NCBI GenBank assembly: GCA_038078615.1
Contig: JBBTWT010000011.1
Span: 7,480 to 71,479 of the forward strand
DNA length: 64,000 bases
DNA from: Patescibacteria group bacterium
GTDB lineage: Bacteria > Patescibacteriota > Minisyncoccia > Moranbacterales > UBA1568
Direction: 5' to 3'
This document shows positions 9,953-19,909 of this stretch, one piece after another. Under the pieces are notes generated by a model that had not been told where the DNA came from, did no database searches, and worked only from the letters and a program-made list of their open reading frames with translations. Every line of letters begins with the position of its first letter. Within the stretch, counting starts at the first letter, position 1. Made by a program: the position numbers and the translations under genes.

Positions 9953-11262
9953 ATTTTCAGTCTGAGTTGTCCCAAATAGTCTTCAAAAGATTTTTCTATC
10001 CAATCAATCATATCCTCCGTAATACCGGGGAATGTGCCGATCCAAAACGTGTCTGCCATAACCTTATCCGAATTCTTGAGATCCCCTATTTTCCGATATT
10101 CGACATCATAGTTCACAAAATATGGCTGGCGGGTGATATTGCCTGCAAAGAGCAGCCGAGTAGCGATTTTTCTTCCATTGAGATACTGTGAAAAATCTTC
10201 TCTTGTGAAAGGACTTCCGTCTCTTATGGTAATAAGGAAACCGAACCAGCTCGGATCCGACTTTTCTGTCGCTTCAACGAAAGAGAAATACTGGCTGAAC
10301 TTTTCTAACTTCGTCCGCAAGGTCAGATAATTCTCTTTTCTTTTTTCGACAAAATGCGGTAACTTGTCCATCTGCGCCAATCCGCAAGCAGCTTGTATTT
10401 CCGTCATCTTCAGGTTATACCCGATATGCGAATAGGTGTATTTGTGATCATATCCCTTCGGCAGGTTTCCGAGCTGCCACCCGAAACGGACACCGCAGGT
10501 ATTATCTTTTCCGGTCGGACACCAGCAGTCCCTTCCCCAATCCCTGAACGAGCGGATAACCTTGTTCAAGAGAGCGTTGTTAGTGAAAACAGCGCCTCCC
10601 TCCCCTGTCGTTATGTGATGCGCGGGATAGAAGCTCGACGTCGAAATATCACCGAAAGAACCTGTTTTCTTACCATCATATTCGCTCCCCAGCCCATCGC
10701 AGTTATCCTCGATGAACCAGAGGCTATGTTTCTTGCAGAAGTCCTTGATGACACCGAGATTGAATGGGTTCCCGAGCGTATGGGCTACCATGACTGCTCG
10801 TGTTTTCTCACTCAATGCCGCCTCCAACTGCGAGGTATCTATCGAGAGCGTCTCTAATTCCACGTCAACAAAGACCGGGATGCAGCCATTCTGGACAATC
10901 GGATTTATGGTCGTCGGAAAACCGGAAGCGACAGTAATAACCTCATCTCCCTTCTTTACCCTTTTCTCCCCGAGGAGAGTCGATGTCAGAGCTGAAAAAG
11001 CCACCAAGTTCGCCGAAGATCCAGAATTAACCGTGGTACAGAATTTTACTCCGATATATTCAGCCAATCTATCCTCGAATGCTTTGGTCATATGACCTTC
11101 TGTCCACCAGCCCTCGAGTACCGCCTCGGTCATACGCAGCAATTCTTGCTCATCAAAAATTTTCCCAGAAACAGGCACAGGAGATTCTCCTGGAATAAAG
11201 CTTTTTTTAGGAAATCTTTCCTGATAATCTCTGCGAATGATTTCTTCCAGCTCTTTTCTCAT
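9949..11262 (-). CDS. rfbH: CDP-4-keto-6-deoxy-D-glucose 3-dehydrase (DdhC/E1)
   Basis: SFYPAHHITTGEGG (His replacing the PLP Lys), GRDCWC...DNTC Fe-S ligands, GYDHKYTYSHIGYNLK. Confidence 0.95.
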   Translation of the reverse strand: MRKELEEIIRRDYQERFPKKSFIPGESPVPVSGKIFDEQELLRMTEAVLEGWWTEGHMTKAFEDRLAEYIGVKFCTTVNSGSSANLVAFSALTSTLLGEKRVKKGDEVITVASGFPTTINPIVQNGCIPVFVDVELETLSIDTSQLEAALSEKTRAVMVAHTLGNPFNLGVIKDFCKKHSLWFIEDNCDGLGSEYDGKKTGSFGDISTSSFYPAHHITTGEGGAVFTNNALLNKVIRSFRDWGRDCWCPTGKDNTCGVRFGWQLGNLPKGYDHKYTYSHIGYNLKMTEIQAACGLAQMDKLPHFVEKRKENYLTLRTKLEKFSQYFSFVEATEKSDPSWFGFLITIRDGSPFTREDFSQYLNGRKIATRLLFAGNITRQPYFVNYDVEYRKIGDLKNSDKVMADTFWIGTFPGITEDMIDWIEKSFEDYLGQLRLKI

Positions 11263-11312
11263 AATCGCGCCGCCTGATTCAAATATTAAAGCATCTTCCC
11301 ATATGATAAATT

Positions 11313-11852
11313 TCATCTGCTGCCGATGGAGCGCGTCACCATGGGTATGATAACCTCAAGATGATGATCGACAATCAACTCCGGCAAATCATCCAAAGGA
11401 AACCATGAACAGAGTCCTGCCTCAGATTTTCTATTATACTCTACATCGCAGCGATAAACAACCTGCACCACATGACCACGAGCCTCATTGGTATTATTGT
11501 TTAAGCTGATAAATTGATAGGAGGATACCTTCATTCCAGCGCACTCCTCCTTGAGAATACGATCAAAAACGGCATCGAAATCTTCACCATATCTCAGGAG
11601 GGATCCGGGTATATGCCACTGTCCCGGATATGTTTCACTCTCATCTCGCTTCCTCAGGAGAATTTCATATTTTTCCTCTCCAGGATTATATCTTATAAAT
11701 ACAGCTTCGATCCCGATATTGACAATCAAGCGCGCCAAAGGTTCAAAAAAATCCTTTCCATACGGCTGATATTTCGGATCAATCTGCTTCAGAAGCTCTG
11801 CTGTCTTTTTTTTAAGATCTTCCTGAAAAGCAAGTAGCTGAGCTGTATCCAT
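11313..11852 (-). CDS. NUDIX hydrolase (Gmm/NDP-sugar hydrolase-like)
   Basis: GQWHIPGS...GE...RILKEEC degenerate Nudix box. Confidence 0.7.
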   Translation of the reverse strand: MDTAQLLAFQEDLKKKTAELLKQIDPKYQPYGKDFFEPLARLIVNIGIEAVFIRYNPGEEKYEILLRKRDESETYPGQWHIPGSLLRYGEDFDAVFDRILKEECAGMKVSSYQFISLNNNTNEARGHVVQVVYRCDVEYNRKSEAGLCSWFPLDDLPELIVDHHLEVIIPMVTRSIGSR

Positions 11853-11863
11853 ATGCTGAAAAA

Positions 11864-12934
11864 TTACGCCTGAAAAAACTTCCTGATCTGCGCATCGGTA
11901 AACTCAATAGGATCCTCTGCTTTTTCGTAATAATTTTTATACCAGCTGAATGTAAAATCGATATTTTCTTCAAACTTTAATTTAGGAGACCAGCGCAAAA
12001 GAGATTTCGCCTTCGTGGTATCAAGCATGAGAATCCCTGCCTCATGTTTCGTCTTGTCTTCTTGGACTTCATATGTTCCCTTCCCCAGAAGCAGCGTAGC
12101 CCGCTTAACGAGCTCTTCGACATTCACGAAACTCTCGTGATCCGGCCCGAAATTCCAAGCATCAGAATACTCGAGTTTTCCGGCATACAGCCCAGAAGCC
12201 AGTTCAAGATATCCCGAAAGCGGTTCAAGAACATGCTCCCAAGGACGAATGGCTCGCGGACTTCTGATAATCACTCTCTCATCTTTTTCATATATTGATC
12301 GCACAATATCAGGAACCAGCCTGTATTCCGCCCAATCTCCTCCGCCGATCACATTCCCGGCGCGCGCAATAGACACGAGTGTCTGATGTTTTTTCCCAAA
12401 ATCCTTCGGGTTGAAAAAAGATTGCATATATGATTGTGCGATAATATCAGCAGCAGCCTTGCTGGCGCTATATGGGTCATATCCCCCCAAAACATCATTT
12501 TCACGGTACGGATATGCCCATTCGAAGTTCTTATAGACCTTGTCCGTGGTAATAATGACCGCCGCCTTTACGAATCCGACCTCATGGATCGCCTGTAAAA
12601 TATTCGCCGTACCAAGAGTATTGGTCGAATAAGTCGTCAAAGGATCATCATAGCTTGTCCGCACAATCGCCTGTGCCGCAAGATGAAAGATAATCTCTGG
12701 ACATTCGTCGGCAACCACCTTTTTCAATGCATCAAAATCCCTTATATCGAGAAAGTGGTTCCTTATCCGCTGTTCTAAATTCAAAATAGAGAAAAGGTTC
12801 GGCTGAGTTCCCGGTGGAAGCGATACGCCGACAACGTCAGCGCCCCACTGCAGCAATACCGCTGTAAGCCAAGAACCCTTGAAGCCCGTATGCCCGGTTA
12901 CAAGGACTTTTTTTCCTTTGAAAAAATTATTCAT
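11864..12934 (-). CDS. rfbG: CDP-glucose 4,6-dehydratase
   Basis: VTGHTGFKGSWL, DPYSASK, RAGNVIGGGDW. Confidence 0.95.
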   Translation of the reverse strand: MNNFFKGKKVLVTGHTGFKGSWLTAVLLQWGADVVGVSLPPGTQPNLFSILNLEQRIRNHFLDIRDFDALKKVVADECPEIIFHLAAQAIVRTSYDDPLTTYSTNTLGTANILQAIHEVGFVKAAVIITTDKVYKNFEWAYPYRENDVLGGYDPYSASKAAADIIAQSYMQSFFNPKDFGKKHQTLVSIARAGNVIGGGDWAEYRLVPDIVRSIYEKDERVIIRSPRAIRPWEHVLEPLSGYLELASGLYAGKLEYSDAWNFGPDHESFVNVEELVKRATLLLGKGTYEVQEDKTKHEAGILMLDTTKAKSLLRWSPKLKFEENIDFTFSWYKNYYEKAEDPIEFTDAQIRKFFQA

Positions 12935-12938
12935 ATTT

Positions 12939-13724
12939 TCAGCAATTAAGGCCATTCTCCCATATTTTCCACGGAGCTTTCTTGCTTTTCCATAATGCTT
13001 CGAGAGCATTCTTATCGTTCAGGCTATCCATCGGCTTCCAAAACCCGTCATGGAGATAGGCTTGCAATTGATCTTTTCGAGCTAATGTCTCAAGGGGAGT
13101 CTGCTCGAATACTGTTTCGTCATTTTTCAAATAGTCAAAAATTTCTGGTTCAAGGACAAAGAAGCCGCCATTAATCCTATTTTTATTATCTTTTTTTTCT
13201 CCAAAAATAGTGACTCCGCTTTCTTTATTCATTTTGAGAGTTCCGAATCTTCCCTCAGGAACTACCGCGGTAATGGTAGCTATTTTCTTGCTTTTCTTAT
13301 GGGATCCGATAAGTTCCGTGATATTTATATCAGCAACGCCATCTCCATACGTAAGCATAAAAGTTTCATTCTCCGTATATTCCTGGATTCTTTTTATGCG
13401 TCCCCCCGTCATGGTATCCTCACCGGTATCTACCAGCGTCACTTTCCATTTTTCAGCCCAATTCTTACAGTACTGTATGCTATTTTTTTCCAAATCGAAT
13501 GTCACGTCGCTATTATGCAGGTAATAATCATTAAACCATTCTTTTATAGAATATCCCTTATAGCCCAAACAGATGACAAAATCATTGAATCCATAATGCG
13601 AATATATCTTCATAATATGCCACAAAATGGGCCTTCCTCCGATTTCCACCATCGGCTTCGGTTTTGTAGAGGTCTCTTCACTCAAACGTGACCCCAGGCC
13701 TCCAGCCAATATAACTACTTTCAT
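12939..13724 (-). CDS. rfbF: Glucose-1-phosphate cytidylyltransferase
   Basis: LAGGLGSRLSEET, KPKPMVEIGGRPILWHIMK, TMTGGR, TYGDGV. Confidence 0.95.
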   Translation of the reverse strand: MKVVILAGGLGSRLSEETSTKPKPMVEIGGRPILWHIMKIYSHYGFNDFVICLGYKGYSIKEWFNDYYLHNSDVTFDLEKNSIQYCKNWAEKWKVTLVDTGEDTMTGGRIKRIQEYTENETFMLTYGDGVADINITELIGSHKKSKKIATITAVVPEGRFGTLKMNKESGVTIFGEKKDNKNRINGGFFVLEPEIFDYLKNDETVFEQTPLETLARKDQLQAYLHDGFWKPMDSLNDKNALEALWKSKKAPWKIWENGLNC

Positions 13725-13833
13725 AAATTTATAACTTCTTCTTATAATATTTTAACCCGACTCACGATACCGTAGAAATACACGCCAAACCCAGGATTCT
13801 TTTCCGGTTTTCTTGTCCGTTTTATAGGATACC

Positions 13834-14676
13834 CTATCTCAACACAAACTTCAATCCGACGAGAAACCGGAGAAAAAACATGCCGAAAGTCAGAAGCGGA
13901 TGAGCAAACATTTTTTTCCATTTCCTCTTTTCCACAAAAACGCCGAAAAAACGATAGTAGAGACCGAATTGTTTCTGCAGATCAGGATCATTTTTGCCCC
14001 ATTTTGAAATATAATCATCAAACTTCTTGGCATAATACCCTTTTTTATTGAGATACTTGCCAAGTTCAAACTCCGATTCATTATGATAGATCGGAGTTCT
14101 CACCAAAACCGTTTTTCCGAGTTGGCGAAGCTTCTTGTCCAAATCCCAATCCTCTGGACCGGTCAAGTTCTCATCAAACCCCTTCGACTGCTGGAAGGCA
14201 TTCTTCTGAATGAATCGAGCGCAATCGATGACGGTTGCATCATAGAAACTCCTTTCAAACCTTCTCACCTGGCTGAAAAATTTCTTTCCCATCACTATTT
14301 CCGAAACATAGAGAGCAACAATTCCAGAGTCTTTCCGTATCATCTCAACACAGTCCGAAACGACATCCTGGTGTAAAATCATGTCGGCGTCAAGGTACAG
14401 AAAGTATGCTCCTTTCGATTTTTCCACACCAAAATTCCTTTGAGCCGATCGCTCAGGCCCTTTGGTAAAAAATTGCACGCTCAGTGGGCTCGATTTTTCT
14501 TGAAACGCTTGCACAAGCGCGAGAGTTGCATCAGTAGAATTATTATCTACTACGATAACCTCCATGCTATCAAGCGGGTACCGTTGTCGTTGTATCGATT
14601 GCAAACAATTCTCGATGTTTTTTTCCTCGTTCTTCGTCGTGATGACAATAGAAACAAACATACCATTCATCAGCAT
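13834..14676 (-). CDS. Glycosyltransferase family 2
   Basis: SIVITTKNE, DNNSTD, LDAD, GPEDWD. Confidence 0.9.
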   Translation of the reverse strand: MLMNGMFVSIVITTKNEEKNIENCLQSIQRQRYPLDSMEVIVVDNNSTDATLALVQAFQEKSSPLSVQFFTKGPERSAQRNFGVEKSKGAYFLYLDADMILHQDVVSDCVEMIRKDSGIVALYVSEIVMGKKFFSQVRRFERSFYDATVIDCARFIQKNAFQQSKGFDENLTGPEDWDLDKKLRQLGKTVLVRTPIYHNESEFELGKYLNKKGYYAKKFDDYISKWGKNDPDLQKQFGLYYRFFGVFVEKRKWKKMFAHPLLTFGMFFLRFLVGLKFVLR

Positions 14677-14683
14677 TAACTAC

Positions 14684-15163
14684 TTATTTTTGAGCAGGTG
14701 TTCCCTTATAGTGTCCTGGTGTCACAACGGCTTTCATCTCGTAGTGGTGAAAAGTACGATACGCAATAGAGTAACTCCGTACAGTCATGCCGCGATTAAC
14801 ATTAACATCAATCAATAAATGAAAAAAGGCTCCTAGGGATAGCGCCAAAACGGCTACCTTGAGCTTGATATTGCTTTTTATGAGCCAAGCGACTGCTAGG
14901 AGTAGTATAACGTATTCCCAGCCGTGAAACAAGACGTAGATTTTGTCATTTTTGGCGAATTGCTCCCCGTGAATAAAGGACAGCATATCGAAATGAGGGC
15001 CGAAAGCGATATAATAATCGATGAGATGATCCAAATCGATCAAAACTGCGCCCAAAATAGCGGCTCCGAAAGAAATAAGCGGGCGACGCCAAAATCGCCA
15101 GACGATATATCCGACGAAAAAAGCGGTCAAAACATGAAAAAGTAGATGCAGAACTAAATTCAT
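14684..15163 (-). CDS. Membrane-bound metal-dependent hydrolase-like protein (YdjM-like)
   Basis: Hydrophobic; DLDH, FHGWE and HLLID motifs. Confidence 0.6.
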   Translation of the reverse strand: MNLVLHLLFHVLTAFFVGYIVWRFWRRPLISFGAAILGAVLIDLDHLIDYYIAFGPHFDMLSFIHGEQFAKNDKIYVLFHGWEYVILLLAVAWLIKSNIKLKVAVLALSLGAFFHLLIDVNVNRGMTVRSYSIAYRTFHHYEMKAVVTPGHYKGTPAQK

Positions 15164-15732
15164 GTTTTTTGATGGAACTGAAATTTCTCTACATCACCCT
15201 TCGTAAGCAATTTTGTTTCATCCGCGTTTTTTATGAGACCAAAACTTGGTTTATGCGAAAATCCGATATACTCGACCTTTTTTCCAAGTGAACGAACTTT
15301 TTCTATTGCTGGAATCAGATCCGTATCCGATGACACAAGTATCGCTGTATCGTAAAGATTTTCATATGCTCCGACAAGAAAATCAACGGCCATTTTCACA
15401 TCGACGCCTTTTTCATGAAAAGTACCGTCATTATGCATAATATATCCGCGCTCAATATGAAAACCTTGCTGTTTTGATGAGAGATGATTAAAAAGTCTGA
15501 GCTGATTTTTCCTAAGTTCTTGACCCTTCTTATCATTCTCTTTCGCTCTTACTACTCCAATATAGTATGTCTTGGCAACAAGATTGCGCTCCATGGCAAG
15601 CCACTGAGAAAATTCTCCATATCCAAAATATATCAAATTCCTGATACCTAAGTCTCTTAACTTATAATGCAGATTGCTTCCATCAATAAAAACTGCGACT
15701 CGCTGTTGTTTTTCTGACTCTTTTGCTTCCAT
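15160..15732 (-). CDS. NYN-domain (LabA/DUF88, PIN-like) nuclease
   Basis: FIDGSNL, EKGVDVKMAVD, LVSSDTDLIPA. Confidence 0.9.
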   Translation of the reverse strand: MEAKESEKQQRVAVFIDGSNLHYKLRDLGIRNLIYFGYGEFSQWLAMERNLVAKTYYIGVVRAKENDKKGQELRKNQLRLFNHLSSKQQGFHIERGYIMHNDGTFHEKGVDVKMAVDFLVGAYENLYDTAILVSSDTDLIPAIEKVRSLGKKVEYIGFSHKPSFGLIKNADETKLLTKGDVEKFQFHQKT

Positions 15733-15743
15733 ATTTTTGACAA

Positions 15744-15790
15744 CTAAAAACCCGCCGTGCCCCGTGAGGAGTCAGAGCGGGTGGTTTTAG
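15744..15790 (-). terminator. Hairpin with U-tract in the 5' leader of the NYN gene
   Basis: Minus strand: CTAAAACCACCCGC...GCGGGTTTTTAG. Confidence 0.55.
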
Positions 15791-15798
15791 GTACTATC

Positions 15799-15827
15799 AA
15801 TATACTCAAAAAAGAGATTTCTGTCAA
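15799..15827 (-). promoter_or_regulatory. sigma70-type promoter for the NYN cassette
   Basis: TTGACA-17 nt-TATATT. Confidence 0.75.
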
Positions 15828-15871
15828 TAACAGGCTTTTAGGCTTAGATAAAGCTTTTTTCATACAAACGA

Positions 15872-17539
15872 TTAGCGATTGACGGTGCTGTCTTCAAGAC
15901 GGACCTTGTCTTTTTCCTTATCAACCGTTGTTTTCGACTCCACGAAGTGACCGGTCAGTTTGGCCAAGGCGTTCTTCCAGAAAGCCTTGGAACCAAAACC
16001 TACCTTGGTCTGGTTCGGATCGAAGTCCAAGAGGTGTCCGATCAGTTTCTTGCCAGCCGAGTAGAAGAACTTGATATCATCGAAGCTCCGGATGCTGATA
16101 ATCTTGCGGAAAATAAACTGGGGGGAAAGGAACGCCGAGTACAGATCCTGAGTCAGGCTGAAAAGCTGTTCCTGGGTGATGGGGATCTTCATGACCGAAC
16201 CGCGCATATCGTAATCATCGTAGTCTTCGGTAAGAAGCAGCCCTTTCTCTTTGCACTCTTTCCAGAGCGGCGTCCCGGGATACGGCACGACGATAGTGGC
16301 CTGCATCGTGCTGAAGTAGCCCTTCTTGAAACAATACTTCGCTACGGCGATAGTGCGTTTCGAATCTTCATAGTCTTCCCAAGGGTACCCGAGCATGATG
16401 GTCGCGTGCGGCTCCAGGCCGGCTTTGGATGCCATGCGCGATCCATTGATCGTGTCTGCCTCCTTGGTACCCTTATCGAGCTTATCGAGCGTCTTCTGAT
16501 TCCCTGACTCCATACCGTAGAGGATGAAGCGGAAGCCCGCCTTGGCCATCAGGTTATAATATTCCTGATTCAAGGCGTTGAAACGCATATTGCAGCCATA
16601 TATCACTTTTTTGTTGTACCCGCTCTCAATCAGCAGTTCACAGAATTTCTTCAGCTTTGGCCCGATAAAAAGCGTGCCGGCATCATCGAAAATCTCCCGA
16701 ATGCCGTATTTATCCACCACGTGCTTCACCTCGGCGAACAGCCGTTCCGGCGAGAAACTGCGATAGGTGCCGATCGGGTTGATGGTATGGTCCCAGACGC
16801 AGAACGTACAGCGGTTCCACCAGCAATCGCGGCCGCTGTACATATACGTTCCGGGAGTATATTTGTAGTTGCCATTTTCGTAGGCATAGAGTTCCCAGCG
16901 CGTCAGATCGCGATCAACGAACGGCAAAATATCCAGATTGTGACGCACCCAATCCGCGCCGGATGAATACACTTTTTCTCCTCCAGGCAGCACGGATGTT
17001 TCCTTCGGAACAGCCTTGATTTCCGTGTTGCCTTCGCGCCAGTAGACACCGCCCTCGAGCTCTTCTCCCCTGTGGATATGATTGAGCAGATTGGCGACGA
17101 GAAAATCATAATCCCCGCCGCGGAGAATATAGTCCACCGAGCTCTTCTCGAACTGCTCGAGCGGTATAAATGTCACGTGATCGCCAACCCAGATAAGCTT
17201 CAGATAGGGCAATTTTTCCTTGAGATCATTAATCTGCTTCCAGTGGGTCTTGATGATCGGCGACTTGGATTCTACCATCAGATACTGCGCCCCGGTAGCA
17301 CGCAGCTCATCCACCCACTGATCGTATTCCTTGTGTTCTGAAATACCGTCCATCCAGTACACCTTGTACCCGTGCTCCTGAAGGTTGGATGCGGCATACG
17401 CAGGGACCATCGGATAAATATACGTCGGGGCGTTGAAATACTGGAATTGGCGGTTCTGGCTCAAAAGCGCCACTCCCTTGTCTGATTTGATAGGAGGATA
17501 ACCGACGACGATGGTCACTTCTTTTTCAAGCGGCTTCAT
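15872..17539 (-). CDS. B12-binding-domain radical SAM protein
   Basis: CWWNRCTFC cluster motif, GMESGNQ, VPYPGTPL, N-terminal cobalamin-binding-like domain. Confidence 0.9.
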   Translation of the reverse strand: MKPLEKEVTIVVGYPPIKSDKGVALLSQNRQFQYFNAPTYIYPMVPAYAASNLQEHGYKVYWMDGISEHKEYDQWVDELRATGAQYLMVESKSPIIKTHWKQINDLKEKLPYLKLIWVGDHVTFIPLEQFEKSSVDYILRGGDYDFLVANLLNHIHRGEELEGGVYWREGNTEIKAVPKETSVLPGGEKVYSSGADWVRHNLDILPFVDRDLTRWELYAYENGNYKYTPGTYMYSGRDCWWNRCTFCVWDHTINPIGTYRSFSPERLFAEVKHVVDKYGIREIFDDAGTLFIGPKLKKFCELLIESGYNKKVIYGCNMRFNALNQEYYNLMAKAGFRFILYGMESGNQKTLDKLDKGTKEADTINGSRMASKAGLEPHATIMLGYPWEDYEDSKRTIAVAKYCFKKGYFSTMQATIVVPYPGTPLWKECKEKGLLLTEDYDDYDMRGSVMKIPITQEQLFSLTQDLYSAFLSPQFIFRKIISIRSFDDIKFFYSAGKKLIGHLLDFDPNQTKVGFGSKAFWKNALAKLTGHFVESKTTVDKEKDKVRLEDSTVNR

Positions 17540-17587
17540 ACTTGTTTTTTAATTCAGAGCTTATAATTTCATTTGAGATGATTGAGG

Positions 17588-17842
17588 TTAGACATTGGGA
17601 TAAAGCTTCTTCCCATCCTGATAGATTTCTATAGCCACTACCGGACATGATTGCGCGGCACCGATTATTTTTTCCAATTCATCCCACTGGCCATCCTTGA
17701 TAATGGCGATATTCTTCTCATCAAGATCGAAAGTGGATGGGCTATACACGATGCATGTAGCGGCGCCGATGCATTTTTCCCGCAGAATCCGTATCTCGAT
17801 ATCGTCTTTTTTCACCACCTGCACATTTTCTGTCTGTTCCAT
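17588..17842 (-). CDS. Ferredoxin, probably [3Fe-4S] type
   Basis: CIGAATC...AAQSCPVVAI. Confidence 0.85.
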   Translation of the reverse strand: MEQTENVQVVKKDDIEIRILREKCIGAATCIVYSPSTFDLDEKNIAIIKDGQWDELEKIIGAAQSCPVVAIEIYQDGKKLYPNV

Positions 17843-17966
17843 AGATCTTTTATTTCTTCACGCCCGATAGCACGAAAAAGAATTTAAATTACTTATTCAG
17901 GATACTATAAAAATGACTATTCGTCCAAAGCGGCATCCAGACAGACTTGGGGCCATGGAAAGACGC

Positions 17967-18944
17967 TCAGCGCAGCTTGCTCTTGAGCTGCCGCACGAAG
18001 AAAAACCCTTTCAGAAAGCTGAATCCGTAGGCGAGATGAGTAAAGAAAATGTAATACAGAGCATGGCCTATGATAGCAATACTCCTCTCATAGCGATAGA
18101 TATCCACTGCGGATTTCAGAAGCGCCGCTCCGTAAAGGACCCACAAAGCCAGATACCAGACAAAAAGCTCCCGATCAAGAAGAACCGCTACTGTTCCTAT
18201 GCTGACAAACAAGAAAAAGGACGATGGAACGAAATACTTCCACCGAAGCGATGTTTCCGGGTATTTCTTGGCAAAGAATCCACGATGCAATCCGTATCCG
18301 CTCACCTGCTTCATATGCCTCCACAAGCCTTCACGCCGATGATGATATACGATGAGAGCGGGATCATAGAGGATCTTTCCCTTGAGTCTCTTGATGATAT
18401 CGAGACATAATTTCGTATCTTCGCCTGGCCAGAATTCGCAATCGAAGCCGCCCAGAATTGCGAATGCCTCCTTGCGGATGGAAAGATTGACGCTCGGCCA
18501 GTCATCGACCAATCGCTTTTCCCCTACCGGCACATAGCGCTCCGGCGAGCCGCCAGAAAGCGAACTCAGGAACACCGCGCCGGATACCTTCTGCCAGAAA
18601 GTATCATGTTTCGGAGTGATAGCGGGACCGCCAACCGCCGTGATGCTCGGATCTTGGAAGTTTTCATCCAATCGATCCAAGAAATCCTCCTCCGGATACG
18701 CATCATCATCGACGAAAATGATGATCTTCCCGAGCGCGTCACGAATCGCGAGCGTCCGCTTCATCGCCGGACCGCCTGGACCGCTCGCGATCTGTCTCGT
18801 CTTGGACCACGATTCATCCGTCGCTTCGTCAGGATAGATGATGATCTCGTAATCATCCCGATCGATTTTCAGGATATTCGGCACTGCCTCACGGATATAG
18901 TCATTGATCGCCTTTACCGGGATGATGAAACTGTACTTGATCAT
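17967..18944 (-). CDS. Glycosyltransferase family 2 with C-terminal TM helices
   Basis: SFIIPV, FVDDDA, GGFD...PGED. Confidence 0.9.
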   Translation of the reverse strand: MIKYSFIIPVKAINDYIREAVPNILKIDRDDYEIIIYPDEATDESWSKTRQIASGPGGPAMKRTLAIRDALGKIIIFVDDDAYPEEDFLDRLDENFQDPSITAVGGPAITPKHDTFWQKVSGAVFLSSLSGGSPERYVPVGEKRLVDDWPSVNLSIRKEAFAILGGFDCEFWPGEDTKLCLDIIKRLKGKILYDPALIVYHHRREGLWRHMKQVSGYGLHRGFFAKKYPETSLRWKYFVPSSFFLFVSIGTVAVLLDRELFVWYLALWVLYGAALLKSAVDIYRYERSIAIIGHALYYIFFTHLAYGFSFLKGFFFVRQLKSKLR

Positions 18945-18949
18945 AAAAA

Positions 18950-19897
18950 CTACACGATTGATAGCTTGTGCTTGAAATAATCAATGGTTTTTTCCAGTCC
19001 TTTTTCGAGCTGCATCGTCGGTTCCCAGCCAAGCTTCTCCTTGGCCAAAGAGATGTCTGGCTGGCGCTGCCTCGGGTCATCCTGCGGCAGATCCTTGTAG
19101 ACGATCTTACTCTCGCTTTCCGGAATCATCGCGAGCACTTTCTCCGCCAGTTCCTTGATAGTGAACTCTACCGGATTGCCCAAGTTTACCGGCCCCGTAA
19201 ATCCTTTGTCGTTATTCATCATACGGATCATCCCTTCCACCAGATCATCGATATACTGGAAACTGCGGGATTGCGAACCGTCGCCGTAGATCGTGATATC
19301 TTCGTTTTTCAAGGCCTGCACGATGAAGTTGGAGACCACGCGACCATCATGCGGATGCATATTCGGACCATAGGTGTTGAAAATTCGCACGACTCGTATC
19401 GGAAGTTTATGCTGACGGTAATAGTCAAAAAAGAGCGTTTCCGCACAACGTTTGCCTTCGTCATAACAGGATCTGATACCAACAGGATTCACTCTCCCCC
19501 AATAGCTCTCCGGTTGCGGATGCACTTCCGGATCACCATATACTTCACTGGTCGAAGCCTGAAGAATTTTCGCTTTCGTCCGTTTGGCAAGCCCGAGCAT
19601 ATTGATCGCTCCGTGTACCGATGTCTTGGTCGTCTGTACGGGATCAAACTGATAGTGAATGGGTGATGCGGGACAGGCAAGGTTGTAAATCTGATCCACC
19701 TCCACATAGAGAGGAAACGTGACATCGTGACGCAAGAATTCAAAACGCTGGTTTCCAAAAAACGGGAGAATGTTGTCCTTGTTCCCGGTGAAGAAATTAT
19801 CGACACACAACACTTCGTTCCCCTCTTTCAAAAGTCGTTCACATAAATGCGATCCGATAAATCCCGCTCCGCCCGTTACCAAGATTTTTTTAGACAT
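18950..19897 (-). CDS. UDP-glucuronate decarboxylase (UDP-xylose synthase)
   Basis: [49 protein letters not shown]. Confidence 0.93.
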   Translation of the reverse strand: MSKKILVTGGAGFIGSHLCERLLKEGNEVLCVDNFFTGNKDNILPFFGNQRFEFLRHDVTFPLYVEVDQIYNLACPASPIHYQFDPVQTTKTSVHGAINMLGLAKRTKAKILQASTSEVYGDPEVHPQPESYWGRVNPVGIRSCYDEGKRCAETLFFDYYRQHKLPIRVVRIFNTYGPNMHPHDGRVVSNFIVQALKNEDITIYGDGSQSRSFQYIDDLVEGMIRMMNNDKGFTGPVNLGNPVEFTIKELAEKVLAMIPESESKIVYKDLPQDDPRQRQPDISLAKEKLGWEPTMQLEKGLEKTIDYFKHKLSIV

Positions 19898-19909
19898 ACT
19901 GTAAATTTT

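Noticed and set aside
13764-13775. ops/JUMPstart-like site upstream of rfbF (TACGGTATCGTG, minus strand)
   Set aside because: Only 9/12 match to GGCGGTAGCGTG, with no JUMPstart hairpin context.
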